Counted from the stretch's first letter, positions 1 to 11,496 are shown. The stretch: DNA of 32,000 bases from Methanocaldococcus jannaschii DSM 2661 (GCF_000091665.1 NC_000909.1:1606838-1638837); one strand, 5' to 3'. Program-made: numbers and translations. The notes: a model not told the origin generated them from the letters alone.

Positions 1-450
1 TTTTATTTCTGTCTTCCCAAATTTAAATGTTTTGTTGTCAGCAAATTCAATCTTTTTTGCAATATCTTTAACGCTCTCTAAGAATTTTTTTGCCCTATTC
101 ATCTGACTTTTATTTATAAACTCAGTTGGATGTTTTATTAATAGAATTTTGTCTTTGTATAGTTCTTTAGCATAATCCTTTGATTCCAAGTATATATCAT
201 CAAAAAATGGAGTGTAGTGGTCGTAATGGTAATGGGAGATAGTTATAACATTAGATTTTTTCGCATAGTCGTTGATTTTATTTCTCATCTCTCTCAATTT
301 TTCAAATTCTATATCATTTGGCTTTAAACCATATCTATCTGGAGCTAAGGCAACTCCTGGGTCTATTAAAATCCCCACATCCTTTGTTTTAACATAGGTT
401 GCTAAAGACCTAACCCCCAAGCTTTCAGAAGCTAAGGGAATGACTTTCAT
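1..450 (-). CDS. Metallo-beta-lactamase-fold hydrolase, UPF0282-like (C-terminus cut by window edge)
   Basis: Minus-strand reading from the ATG complement at 448-450: MKVIPLASESLGVRSLATYVKTKDVGILIDPGVALAP...SNVITISHYHYDHYTPFF; HxHxDH metal-binding motif; open to the window edge. Confidence 0.85.
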   Translation of the reverse strand, partial: MKVIPLASESLGVRSLATYVKTKDVGILIDPGVALAPDRYGLKPNDIEFEKLREMRNKINDYAKKSNVITISHYHYDHYTPFFDDIYLESKDYAKELYKDKILLIKHPTEFINKSQMNRAKKFLESVKDIAKKIEFADNKTFKFGKTEIK

Positions 451-483
451 AGTTCCACCACTTTTTTAGAAAAATTTAAAAAT

Positions 484-3400
484 TTATCCTATCTTAAAGA
501 AGTCACTCAACTTAACCTGTCTGCTTTTTTCATTTTCAAATATTGAATTAATCCCCTCTTTAATAATCTTTAATCTTTGTTTTATATAATCATTTACATT
601 ATATTCCTCAGCCATCTTCTCTGCAACATCCATATACTTCTCAACAGCTCCCTTTGAGACAGTTAATATTAAATTAGAGCCACATTTTGGACACTTCCCT
701 TTCAAAGGTATTCTTCTATACTTAGCTCCACATTTACATCTAACTGCCTGCCTTGAGAAAGCCCTTAAATTCCCAATTAAATCTGGGATGAAGTGGGATT
801 GAATAACCTTCTCAGCAACATCTCTTTCATCTGTAGCCCTAATTTTCTTAGCAACTGATAATTGGGAAGTGGTTTTTTCTAACATTGAACCTAATGTTTT
901 ATAAGCACAAACCTTCGGCCCTAAGTCAATTCTTGATGTTTCGTGAGTATAGCCAATACCTTCATACTGCTCTGGCTTTCCTAATCTATCTTCAACTGTC
1001 TCCATAAACTCCTTAACTTCTTTCGGTGAAGGCATTTCTAAGGTTTTTTCATAAAACTCTAATGGATAGCTCCACATTGTATCCATATTATGAACTTCTC
1101 CATCAACTTCCTTTGGGTCTAATATGGTTGTTAAGACTAATGGGGCATCCATCTGTCCTCCTCTCTTATCTGGTAGGAATTTTTTGGAGAAGTTCAAAAA
1201 CGCGTCTAATAGCAAAAAGAAAGAATCTTCGTCCCCGTCACAGTTTCTTCTCTTTGCAGCATGGAAATAAGGATGAGCATAACCAACATTTGCTTTTGTA
1301 TAACCAATTATTCTTCCAACCATTCCAGCAGATGTGTGGGGAGCCATTCCAATGACTAAATGCCCAATTAAATCCTCTTTTTTCTTTACGTTGTAAAACC
1401 TTTCAACTTTATAAAACTTCTCCAATAAATCATCTATAAAATTAGCTACCTTAACAAAATACTCTGCACAACTCTCTGGGATGATAACATCTTGTGGTTT
1501 TAGCTCAACGACCTGCTCCCCATCAACTAACTCATTGCCATAAATATCTTTATCATAGCCAAGCTCTCTCAATTTTTCAACAGTAACGTTTATCTCATTT
1601 GGTTTAAAGTGGGTTACTGGCACATCTGTGCAATCAAACCTTGTAGTTCCGTCTTTAAAGACATAAACCTCATTTATCGCCCTCAATATAGCTTTTTCTA
1701 ATGGTTCAACAATCTTCTGCTTGGATGTCATCCCTTTAATACACTTAACATCTCCTGGCTTGTTTATACCCAATCTCTTTAAAGCGGCATACCAATAATC
1801 TTTTAATGGAGCTTTAATTCTTCCAAAGTTATCTAACTCTACCTTAGTTCCACAGAATGGGCAAACTCTATATAATGAAATTTTTCCACAATTTGGACAT
1901 CTTGTGTAAGAAACATCAACATCATCTGTATTGTTTTCCTCAACTGCCTTGTTTATCAATCTCACTTGCCCTCCAGCATTACCTATTGGGAATAAACCAT
2001 TAACTGGAGGTTTCATCTTTCTTGGTGCTGCTTTCTCTGGCCTTCCCATCCTTGCTCCAACATATACATAAGTGTTTCTTCTAACTTCAAACGGAGCTAA
2101 TAAGTTTATAAGATGCATACTATTTTTGGCTGACTCTAAGATTTTCTCTATATTTTCAACTAAATCCTTTTTATTTTCAACATCAAAGCCCAGTGAGTAG
2201 AGTAGAGGGTAATACTCCTCAATTATAACCTTTTTATTTCTAACTAAGTGGCAGCAGCCAATTAATTCTAAGATTCTTTTAGCTTTTTTATCTTCCTCTA
2301 TCTCTAAATCAACAATCCAAACTTTTTTTCCTTCAAGGCTATCTTCTTTTCCTTTCAACAACCAATTTCTTAATAGGATTATATCTTCCTTACTAACATC
2401 ATGCCAGTGATAGGTGAATCTTGGATGTAGTGGAGTTTTTGTTTCTAAAGCAAACTTAACAGCTTCCTCTGGCTTTGGGTTCTTTATAAAATCCTTATCA
2501 TACTCTATATTATTAGCTATCAATATCTTCTCATACCACTCCTCACACCAACAACTTGGCAATAATGGGTGATTATTCTCTAAGAAATCCCCATAATTAA
2601 CCAAAACATCTCCTAAGAATAAAATTTCCTCAACCCTATTTCTAACATCCATAGCTTTCTCTATTGTATCAACTCTAATAACATCTCCATTTTTTAGCTT
2701 GACAATTGGTGGTTCAATGCTATCAACCGGCACAACACATGTAGCTTTTCCCGGCCTTTCAGTTTTTAGCTGGGTTCCAACAGCCATAAACTCATCTACC
2801 AAATACATTAAGGCAGGATGAAATCCTTGAGTAGCAAAACCAGTGTTTCTACTCCTTCCATATCTCAACCTAAATCCACCAACCTTTGATGGATGGGCAA
2901 AAACAGGCCTTCCAGCAATAACTTCGCTTATAAACTTTTTGTTTGCCTCTATTTTAACATCTCTCCAGTATCCGCTAATTTCTTCTTCCTCTTCATCTAT
3001 TTCTTCATCATCTACTTTTTCATCCTTTTCCTCCTCTTTTTCTTCTTTTTTACTCATCAAATCTTTAAGCCAGTCCCATCCCTCTATTCCTAATTTATCA
3101 ACGTGCCTCAATATTTTAGGAGCTTTTAATAAAACTCCCTCAACCAAAACTAATAAAGCCCCTCCCCTCAGTTGGTTTGTCTCTACCCTTGGCAAATCCC
3201 TATGCCCTGAAACTTCCACATCATCTGTAGCTTCTCCAGTAATCTCTATAGGGATGTTTCTTATAGCTGTTCTAATCTCATCTGCTGTTGGGTTGTATTG
3301 AAAACTCCCAACTTCTGATTGGTAAAGCTCAACCTCCTCAACATATCTCTCAATCTCATCCTCTGTTGGTTTGTATCTATCTAAACCCATTGCCTTTCTT

Positions 3401-3903
3401 ACGAAATCTCCAACTAAGACAGATAGAGCTTGAGCAGTTCCCCCAGCACTTCTTATAGGTCCTGCATAATAGATAGCTAAATATTCAGTTCCGTCTGGGT
3501 TTTTTTTGATTTTAACATCTGCAATTCCCTCTAATGGAGCAGCAACAATTCCTTCAGTTAATACAGCTAATGCAGTTCTAACTGCCTGTTCTGCCTTTTT
3601 TTCCTTATCAAAGTTTCCAAATTTTCCTTCAACAATTTCTTTAGCTATCTCCAATGCAGCTGGTTCTTTACCTAACTCTTTAACCAATTCTCTAATTCTC
3701 TCTGCTACTCCTTTCGGCCCAACCAATCCCTCAACTCTATCAGCCATATCAGCAGCTAAAGGAATCTCAACTTCATCAGTTGGGTCAAAACCTTTTTTTC
3801 TACACTCTTCAGCTATTCTGTAAATTTTTTTAACTTCATCAACAATGTTTTCAAAATACTTTTTCATATTTTCGGAGCATGCAACATGAACCATAACAAT
3901 CAC
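484..3903 (-). CDS. polC: DNA polymerase II (family D) large subunit DP2, no intein visible
   Basis: 1139-aa ORF with typical euryarchaeal DP2 features ([42 protein letters not shown], zinc fingers [16 protein letters not shown] and [19 protein letters not shown]). Confidence 0.97.
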
Positions 3904-4110
3904 ATACTTAAATATTTTTAAAATTTGATAATTTTCCTTTACTTATTTTATTTTCAACTAAGTATAAGACCTTTGCCATATATAAATTGAATATCCAAAT
4001 ATTTACAACTAATAAAACTTAAGGAATATAAGGAATAAACATAAAAAATAAACCACATAAATAAAATAGATATTAATTCATGCAACAGTGAATATTTCTG
4101 AGGGATTGTA

Positions 4111-4311
4111 ATGTTAATTAGTTTAGTCGTAGTTTTATTTTTCGTAATATATTTAATAATCATACTATGGATTGTTGGCTGGATTATATTAAATAAACAG
4201 TATGGCAAAGAGATTGATTTCATTAAGTTCATATTATTTTTAAGGCATTACTTAAAAAATAAAGAACTTCATTTTGGCGTCTTTCAATTAATAAAAATTT
4301 ATTATGAATAA
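4111..4311 (+). CDS. Small hydrophobic/membrane protein candidate
   Basis: 66-aa ORF with a strongly hydrophobic N-terminal segment (MLISLVVVLFFVIYLIIILWIVGWIIL); no other support. Confidence 0.35.
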   Translation: MLISLVVVLFFVIYLIIILWIVGWIILNKQYGKEIDFIKFILFLRHYLKNKELHFGVFQLIKIYYE

Positions 4312-4340
4312 TCCTAAAAAAATAAAATTGGGGGAGATTA

Positions 4341-5900
4341 ATGAAACCAACTGCCTACTTCTGTATGGAATTTGCAATTCACCAACCATTAAAAACTTAT
4401 GCTGGAGGATTAGGATTTTTAGCTGGTTCTCATTTTAGAGCGGCTAAAAGATTGAATCAACCTCTTGTAGGAGTTTCAATATTATGGAGCTATGGATATT
4501 ATGACCAATTAAGAGACAGAGAAGGGAAGATGAAAGTTGAATATATAAGAAAATACTATGATTTTTTGGAAGACATTAAATTAAAAGTCCCAGTTACAAT
4601 AAACAACAACACTGTTTGGGTTAAAGCTTATAAATTAGAAGAAGATGTTTTTGGAACATGCCCTATTTATTTTCTAACAACAGATATTCCAGAAAATGAT
4701 GATTTCTCAAGAACTATAACTCACAACTTGTATGATGCCAACAATATACTTCATATAGCACAACAGATTGTTTTAGGAATTGGAGGATATAAAGTTATCA
4801 AAGAGTGTGAAAATGTAAAGCTCTTCCACATGAATGAGCCTCATCCTTTACCTTTAGTCTTTAAGCTGATAGAAGAATATGGGCTTGAATACACAAGAGA
4901 ACATACTGTTTTCACAACTCACACACCTTTACCAGAAGGAAATGAAACCCAAGACATTAACTTATTAAAATCCATGGGATTCTTTGGAAATGTTGATGTA
5001 AAATTAGCTGAAAAATTAGGAGGAAATCCATTTAACTATACAGTTTGTGCATTAAGAGTTTGTAAAAGAGCCAATGCTGTCTCTAAAAAGCATAAAGAAG
5101 TTTGCGATAGAATGTGGAGCTGGGTTAAGGATAGATGTGAAATAGTAGCTATAACTAACGCTCAAGATAAATACTACTGGCAAGACCCTGTTATTAGAGA
5201 GGCGGCAAAAAAATATGATATTGATATGTTGAGAGAGAGAAAAATGGAACTAAAAGAAATTCTATTTGAGGAAGTAGCAGACCAAACTGGAAAGATTTTT
5301 AAAAAAGATAGACTAACTGTTGTTTGGGCAAGAAGATTCACAGCTTATAAAAGACCTCATATATTGCTTCATGATGAGATGAGATTACTTGAGTTGTTGA
5401 AAAAGAAAAGAATACAGGTTATTTGGGCTGGGAAACCCCATCCAAATGACCACAACATGATAGCTACTTTTAATTGGATTGTATCAAAGACAAGAGATAT
5501 GAAAGGAGCTACTATACTAACTGGTTATGAACTAAAGCTGAGTAAGATGTTAAAGCAGGGTTCAGATATTTGGCTTAACACACCAAAACTAAATCATGAG
5601 GCATCTGGAACATCTGGAATGACCGCCTCTATGAACGCTTCTATTCACATGAGTACCTTAGATGGATGGCATGTAGAATGGGCTAAAATGTATCCGGATG
5701 ATAGCTTTACAATTGGCGATGGAGTTAGGGATGATGATGCCTATGTGGCTAACTGCATATACAATTTATTAGAAGAAGTTGCTGACATGTATGATACTGA
5801 AAGATGGTGGATGAAAGCTTGTAACTGCGTTAATCATATTGTTGAATACTTTGATGCTGAGAGAATGGCTAAGGAGTATGCTGAGAAGTTGTATAAGTAA
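4341..5900 (+). CDS. GT35 alpha-glucan/glycogen phosphorylase family protein (possibly non-PLP, see findings)
   Basis: 519 aa; YAGGLGFLAGSHFRAAKRL, VWARRFTAYKRPHILL, WAGKPHP, LNTPKLNHEASGTSGMTASMNASIHMSTLDGWHVEW. Confidence 0.85.
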   Translation: MKPTAYFCMEFAIHQPLKTYAGGLGFLAGSHFRAAKRLNQPLVGVSILWSYGYYDQLRDREGKMKVEYIRKYYDFLEDIKLKVPVTINNNTVWVKAYKLEEDVFGTCPIYFLTTDIPENDDFSRTITHNLYDANNILHIAQQIVLGIGGYKVIKECENVKLFHMNEPHPLPLVFKLIEEYGLEYTREHTVFTTHTPLPEGNETQDINLLKSMGFFGNVDVKLAEKLGGNPFNYTVCALRVCKRANAVSKKHKEVCDRMWSWVKDRCEIVAITNAQDKYYWQDPVIREAAKKYDIDMLRERKMELKEILFEEVADQTGKIFKKDRLTVVWARRFTAYKRPHILLHDEMRLLELLKKKRIQVIWAGKPHPNDHNMIATFNWIVSKTRDMKGATILTGYELKLSKMLKQGSDIWLNTPKLNHEASGTSGMTASMNASIHMSTLDGWHVEWAKMYPDDSFTIGDGVRDDDAYVANCIYNLLEEVADMYDTERWWMKACNCVNHIVEYFDAERMAKEYAEKLYK

Positions 5901-5916
5901 AATTTTTGGTGATTTA

Positions 5917-6606
5917 ATGCTAATTTCCCATATATCTTTAAGTGATAAGATAACGCTCTTAACTTATGGATGCAACTTTAAATGTAAATACTGCTTCTTT
6001 AAACCATTATCCTGTAAAAAATATAGTGTAGATGAGATTTTAAATAAAATTTTAGAAGTTAATGAGAACTATAAATTAGATAAAATCTTAATTGCTGGTG
6101 GAGAGCCAACTTTACAAAATGACTTGTCTGAACTAACAAAGCTGTTAAAAGATGAGGGTTTTTATCTTATGCTATCTACAAATGGATATTATTTAAAAGA
6201 TATGCTTGATAAGCTTGAAGTTGATGAGATACATATTGATTTAAAGGCTTATGATGAAAATAAACATATATATTTAACTTCATGCTCTAACAAAAAAGTT
6301 TTGGATTGTATAAGTTATATAGGGAAATATAGGGATGAATTCAATTTTAAGGTTGAAATAGATACTGTCTTAATTCCAAATATTGTTGATTTAGATGAAA
6401 TTGAAAAAATAGCTAAGTTTTTAAGCAATTGGGATTTACCTTATAGAATTACAGGATATGTAAAATATAACAACAATTTGAATGCTGAAAAACCTGATGA
6501 AGATAAAATATTAAAAGCAAAAGAAATAGCCTTAAAATATCTCTCTAACGTATCTTGCTCCTTAGATTTTAAAAGACATAAAAAATCTAAGAAAGTTATT
6601 ATTTAA
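5917..6606 (+). CDS. Radical SAM protein
   Basis: CNFKCKYCFF cluster motif (CX3CX2C), GGEPTL motif. ATG at 5917 is preferred over the ORF-track start at 5839, which overlaps the upstream gene. Confidence 0.85.
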   Translation: MLISHISLSDKITLLTYGCNFKCKYCFFKPLSCKKYSVDEILNKILEVNENYKLDKILIAGGEPTLQNDLSELTKLLKDEGFYLMLSTNGYYLKDMLDKLEVDEIHIDLKAYDENKHIYLTSCSNKKVLDCISYIGKYRDEFNFKVEIDTVLIPNIVDLDEIEKIAKFLSNWDLPYRITGYVKYNNNLNAEKPDEDKILKAKEIALKYLSNVSCSLDFKRHKKSKKVII

Positions 6607-6620
6607 ATTATTTAATTTAA

Positions 6621-8057
6621 TTATTTCTCCTCTTCTTTTATACCAATAACTTCCAATATCTTAGCCCTAATTGCCTCTTCAACTAATTTTCTTAAAGCTT
6701 CTTTATCAGACACTGCCTTAAATATTCCTAAAGGAATTTTGGCAGCTGCAGCTGTTTGATGTCCTCCTCCACCAAATGCCTTATTTAATATCTCTCCAAG
6801 GTTTAACCTTAAATCCTTAGTTCTTGCAGATATGTGAATTTCATCTCCAACAATACCAAATACGAATGTTGTTGAAATCCCTTCCATCTTTAATAAGAAA
6901 TCAGCTGCTTTTGGTAGAGCATCTCTATTACTTATTTCCCCAACATAAGCTAAGGCAATATTACCTTTAACTACTCTTCTATTCATTACTGCCTTAGCCA
7001 AAACTTCCATAACCTCTGTTGAAATTTCTGGATTCTCTATCATATTTAAGATAGAAGCATCTATATAGCTTTGAAGGTATGCTGCTGCTTCAAAATCCAA
7101 TTTTGACGTTTCTCTTTTAAAGTAGTCAGTATCTGATTGGATTCCATAAAATAAGGCAGTGGCTAAGTTTCTTGATGGCTCTATATCCAATTCCATAAGA
7201 TATTGTGTTAAAATGGAAGCAGTGGCTCCAACTTCTGGTCTAACATCCATATATTTGGCAGTTAAATCGGTGTTGTTGTGATGGTCTATAATTATATCAA
7301 TGTTTGGAAGTTCAATAGGTAGTTGTTTTGATGTTGATGTATCTATGACTGCAATGACACAGTAATTATCTAAGTCAATATCTTCAACATTTAAAAGTTT
7401 TATCCCTAACAAATTTATCATTGCCTTATTTTCATCATAACCAATATTTCCCCCATATGCAATGTCTGAATCAACTCCCCATCTTTCAGCAAGTGTTTTT
7501 AAAGCCATGGCACTTGCTATAGCATCAGGGTCTGGGTTTATATGTGTTAAGATTAGAAGAGGAGCTTTTTTTTCTTCTTCTGTTTTTTCCAACTTCATGC
7601 ATCTTTTCTTTCCTTCTATTAACACAGATTTTAATTGCATTAATTTTCTCTTTAATTTTGCATCTTCAACTTCCTTTGCAATGTCTTTAGCTCCACTCTC
7701 TAAGATGTTTATAATCTTATCTATATTTAGCCCCATATAAAGTTCTGGATATCTTGGAATGGCTCTTGCAATTTTGTATGAGTTTGGACTTAGCTCACAA
7801 ACTCTTTCAGCTATCCTTCTATTAACTTCTGGTTCATTTGTTAATATTAATACAATATCTGCATTCTCAATTTTAGCTTTTTTCAACACTTCATCTTGAG
7901 TGGCATCTCCAACAATTACAGTTACTCCTTCTTTTACTAAATCATCAGCATCATCAATATTTTTATCAATAATCGTAATTGGTTCTTTATTTTTAATGAA
8001 ATTTACAACTTTTCTACCAAAAGAACCAAAACCTATTACGGTTATCATATTCATCAC
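6621..8057 (-). CDS. TrkA-N/RCK_N nucleotide-binding domain fused to DHH/DHHA1 phosphoesterase
   Basis: N-terminal MITVIGFGSFGRKVVNFI...VIVGDATQDEVL Rossmann fold; LILTHINPDPDAIASAMALK, VIDTSTSK, IIDHHNNTD, GGGGHQTAAAAKI. Confidence 0.9.
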   Translation of the reverse strand: MMNMITVIGFGSFGRKVVNFIKNKEPITIIDKNIDDADDLVKEGVTVIVGDATQDEVLKKAKIENADIVLILTNEPEVNRRIAERVCELSPNSYKIARAIPRYPELYMGLNIDKIINILESGAKDIAKEVEDAKLKRKLMQLKSVLIEGKKRCMKLEKTEEEKKAPLLILTHINPDPDAIASAMALKTLAERWGVDSDIAYGGNIGYDENKAMINLLGIKLLNVEDIDLDNYCVIAVIDTSTSKQLPIELPNIDIIIDHHNNTDLTAKYMDVRPEVGATASILTQYLMELDIEPSRNLATALFYGIQSDTDYFKRETSKLDFEAAAYLQSYIDASILNMIENPEISTEVMEVLAKAVMNRRVVKGNIALAYVGEISNRDALPKAADFLLKMEGISTTFVFGIVGDEIHISARTKDLRLNLGEILNKAFGGGGHQTAAAAKIPLGIFKAVSDKEALRKLVEEAIRAKILEVIGIKEEEK

Positions 8058-8164
8058 GTGTAATATTTGGTTATTAATGTATAAATTAGTTCTTTTATAA
8101 TCGTCACACTTACATTGGCATATCTTCTATTACTTATTTAGAATGGTATATAAACCTTCCTAAA

Positions 8165-8890
8165 TTATTTTAAAAATTCAATCTCTATTTTATCCTTTAA
8201 ATAATTTATTAATGTTTTAGCATATTCCAACTTTTTAATTTTTATTTCATCCCCTATTGCTATGTCCTCTTTTATATTAGGTCTGGAATATTTAGTTATA
8301 TAAATTCCAAAATCCATTCCTCCCAAGATTAACTTTTTAGCTTTAAAATGATAGGCTAAAAAGCAACACCTATCTCCATCTGTAAATCCGCCAAAATTGA
8401 TTACATTTCTCAAATTTAACTCCTTATAATTTGGTATTTGACAACTTCCAACGACATTTTTTAGTTTTGGGACATACTTTTTAATTTTTTCAATATTATC
8501 TCCATGTGCATGAACTACAATTATAGAACCCTTTCTATTGCACTCAAATAACGCCTCTAAATCTCCATCTAAGTCAGAGACAATAATGTCTGGAATTATA
8601 TTTTCTTCTAAAAATGCTTTACATGCACCATCAGCCACTATTATAGGATTCTTATAGTTTATTTCCCTTAATTCTTTTAAAATGTTGATATGTTTTTTTA
8701 TTGATGGACCTGCACCAAAGATAAAAACTTCTCTACCTTCAATAATATCTTTAAGCTTATCAACAGGTATTGTATTGGCATTCTCTAAAATGTTATTAAG
8801 GATTACTGCACTTTCAACATCTTTGTCTTTATCAAATCCAAAATCCTCCATAATTTTATTGTAAAATATTTCCCACTCCTTCATGTCCAT
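8165..8890 (-). CDS. mptE: DUF115-family 6-hydroxymethyl-7,8-dihydropterin pyrophosphokinase (methanopterin pathway)
   Basis: 241 aa; VFIFGAGPSIKKHI, IVADGACKAFLEENIIPDIIVSDLDGD, VVHAHGDN, NFGGFTDGDRCCFLAYHF. Confidence 0.8.
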   Translation of the reverse strand: MDMKEWEIFYNKIMEDFGFDKDKDVESAVILNNILENANTIPVDKLKDIIEGREVFIFGAGPSIKKHINILKELREINYKNPIIVADGACKAFLEENIIPDIIVSDLDGDLEALFECNRKGSIIVVHAHGDNIEKIKKYVPKLKNVVGSCQIPNYKELNLRNVINFGGFTDGDRCCFLAYHFKAKKLILGGMDFGIYITKYSRPNIKEDIAIGDEIKIKKLEYAKTLINYLKDKIEIEFLK

Positions 8891-9089
8891 ATTATCACAT
8901 TTAGTTATTTGATTACTCTGCTTAAATCAACCTAAATCATAAACTATAAAAACAATACAAATACAAGTTATATAAGATATATTTATCTACCTTCCAAAAC
9001 TGTTTAATCTATAAACAAATGTAACATAGAGGAAAACTTTTTTGAGTATATAACAGTATAATATCATACAAAATACAATAACGATTAAT

Positions 9090-10334
9090 ATGTCAAATAA
9101 AACAAAATTAAAGGATAATAAAGAATTGCTCTACCAAGTCGTTCTATCCTACAAAGTTAGCCATAACTACCCACTTAAAGCTTTTTTAATTGAGTGTAAG
9201 AACAAATTAAACGAATGCATAGACATGATTTGGAATAATATCAAATACACTAAAAAAGATAATCCAAAATTACCAAAATCAAACGAATTTAAAAGAGAGT
9301 TAAGAAACAAACTCTTAGAGAACTGGAATTATGCTTCTCACTACATCGATGGGATTATAAAAACCTCCTATTCTATCCTGCAAAGTTGGGCGTCTAACTA
9401 CAAAAGGGGCTATAGAACTAAAACAAAACCGATAGCAAAAAGGCTATTCGTTAGAGTTAAGACAACCCTAATAAAATACGATAAAGAAAAAGGAGAGATA
9501 CGGATAACGATAAAACCAAGAAAGGACTACCTAATTCTAAATATTAAAAATGAGTGGTTTTTTGATAAGGTTAAAAATTTAACCATTGGAGAAATTATTT
9601 TAAAAGAAAAGGAAACATTTTTAACTTTCAAAGATAACCTAAACTATTCAGATAAAGGGATGATCGTTGGAGTGGATAGCAATCTAAGGTCTCTTGACTT
9701 ATTTCATCCGATAGAAGGTTGGACTAGAGTAGATTTAACTGAATTACATCGAATTAAGGAGGTTTATGATAGAAAAATTGATTTTCTTAAAAAATTACTT
9801 AAAAAGTTTCCTTTGAGAGCTATGAGAAAGATAAATAGGTTGTTCGAAAGAAGAAGAAATAGGGTTAAGGATTTCTTACATAAACTAACTATTCAACTAT
9901 CTCGATTATTTCCAGATGCAATTTTTGTTTTTGAGGATTTAAATAAAAGAAGAATGTATAAAAGCAAATACTTCAATAGAAAAATAGATAGAGTAAATTG
10001 GAATGGCCTAATTGAAAAAATAAGTTATAAAACAATTGTTATTTTGGTTAATCCTGCCTACACATCAACAATCTGTCCTATATGCGGGAGTAGAATGGAG
10101 TCCCAAGAAGGACAGGTTGTTTATTGCTCTAATTGTTTAAACTCTTTTAATAGACAGTTAGTTGGTTGCTATAATATTTTTAAAAGAGGTTTAGGGAATA
10201 TTAAAGAGATTATGGGTGGCTCGGGGGTTACCACGACAGGGGTAGAGGTTTCCTTTGGGAAACTGATGACACCCAATCCCAACGTGATTTATATAGTAGA
10301 TTATAACGGAAAATATTTTAATGAAATTGCCTAA
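9090..10334 (+). mobile_element. tnpB: IS605/IS1341-family TnpB (OrfB-like, RNA-guided nuclease superfamily), solitary, no TnpA nearby
   Basis: 414 aa; RuvC-I GVDSNLRSLDLF, RuvC-II FVFEDLNKR, zinc ribbon CPICGSRM...VYCSNC followed by FNRQLVGCYNIF. Element ends not resolved. Confidence 0.88.
10214..10274 (+). ncRNA. Candidate omega/reRNA scaffold overlapping the tnpB 3' end
   Basis: Local GC-rich tract inside the 3' coding end. Outer GGGTG (10214-10218)/CACCC (10270-10274) pairing, inner hairpin GTTTCC-TTTG-GGAAAC (10248-10263). Confidence 0.35.
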
Positions 10335-10397
10335 ATATCTATAATTGACCATGTTGGGAGAACCCCATATAAAGCTACATGTTCCATTGGTGATAAG

Positions 10398-11369
10398 ATG
10401 CTGAGTGTAAATAAAAAGGCATTAGAAATTGTAAATAAAATGATAGAAAATAAAGAAGAGATAAATATTGACGTCATAAAATTAGAAAATGGAGCTACTG
10501 TTTTGGACTGTGGAGTTAATGTCCCTGGAAGCTGGAAAGCTGGAAAGTTATTCACAAAGATTTGTTTGGGAGGTTTAGCTCATGTTGGCATCTCCTTATC
10601 ACCATGTGAGTGTAAAGGCATAACCTTACCTTATGTTAAGATAAAGACATCACATCCAGCAATTGCTACATTGGGAGCTCAAAAGGCAGGATGGGCAGTT
10701 AAAGTTGGAAAATACTTTGCTATGGGTTCAGGACCTGCAAGGGCTTTAGCTAAAAAGCCAAAAAAGACCTATGAAGAGATTGGCTATGAAGATGATGCTG
10801 ATGTTGCTGTTTTATGTTTAGAGGCTTCAAAATTGCCAAATGAAGAAGTTGCTGAATATGTAGCTAAAGAATGTGGTGTTGAAGTAGAAAACGTTTATTT
10901 GTTAGTTGCTCCAACTGCTTCATTAGTTGGTTCAATCCAGATTAGTGGAAGAGTCGTTGAGAACGGAACATACAAGATGTTAGAAGTTTTAGAGTTTGAT
11001 GTTAATAAAGTTAAATATGCGGCAGGTTTAGCTCCAATTGCTCCAATAATAGGGGATGATTTCGCAATGATGGGAGCTACAAACGATATGGTATTGTATG
11101 GTGGGATAACCTACTACTACATTAAGAGTGATGAAAACGATGACATTGAAAGCTTATGCAAAGCTCTCCCATCTTGTGCTTCAAAAGATTATGGAAAACC
11201 ATTCATGGAAGTGTTTAAAGCTGCTGATTACGACTTCTACAAGATTGACAAAGGAATGTTTGCTCCAGCTGTGGTTGTAATTAACGATATGACAACTGGA
11301 AAAGTCTATAGAGCTGGAAAGGTCAATGCAGAAGTCCTTAAAAAATCATTAGGCTGGACAGAGTTATAA
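10398..11369 (+). CDS. mch: Methenyltetrahydromethanopterin cyclohydrolase
   Basis: 323 aa; [63 protein letters not shown]. Confidence 0.97.
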   Translation: MLSVNKKALEIVNKMIENKEEINIDVIKLENGATVLDCGVNVPGSWKAGKLFTKICLGGLAHVGISLSPCECKGITLPYVKIKTSHPAIATLGAQKAGWAVKVGKYFAMGSGPARALAKKPKKTYEEIGYEDDADVAVLCLEASKLPNEEVAEYVAKECGVEVENVYLLVAPTASLVGSIQISGRVVENGTYKMLEVLEFDVNKVKYAAGLAPIAPIIGDDFAMMGATNDMVLYGGITYYYIKSDENDDIESLCKALPSCASKDYGKPFMEVFKAADYDFYKIDKGMFAPAVVVINDMTTGKVYRAGKVNAEVLKKSLGWTEL

Positions 11370-11496
11370 AAAACTTTTTTTAATTTTAATTATCTAATAT
11401 TTTTGCTATTTTTTAGGTATTAAAATGATTAGAGCTTTTTTAGTTTTCCCATACCTTTATATATTGGTTCAATCAAATGGCTATACTGGTGGTATT

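Noticed and set aside
2950-3050. Acidic repeat-like Lys/Glu tract in DP2 ([23 protein letters not shown])
   Set aside because: Low-complexity charged insertion common in hyperthermophile proteins; not evidence of an intein or mobile insert.
1026-4232. Antisense/alternate ORFs inside or beside the DP2 gene (1026-1355, 2843-3301, 2893-3093, 3506-3823, 3954-4232)
   Set aside because: Low-complexity Ser/Leu/Phe-rich translations typical of the strand opposite an AT-rich gene; no recognisable domains.
8891-9089. Left end of the tnpB element or a tnpA gene upstream
   Set aside because: The intergenic region is AT-rich without a recognisable Y1 transposase ORF. I could not define a left-end hairpin with confidence, so no boundary is claimed.
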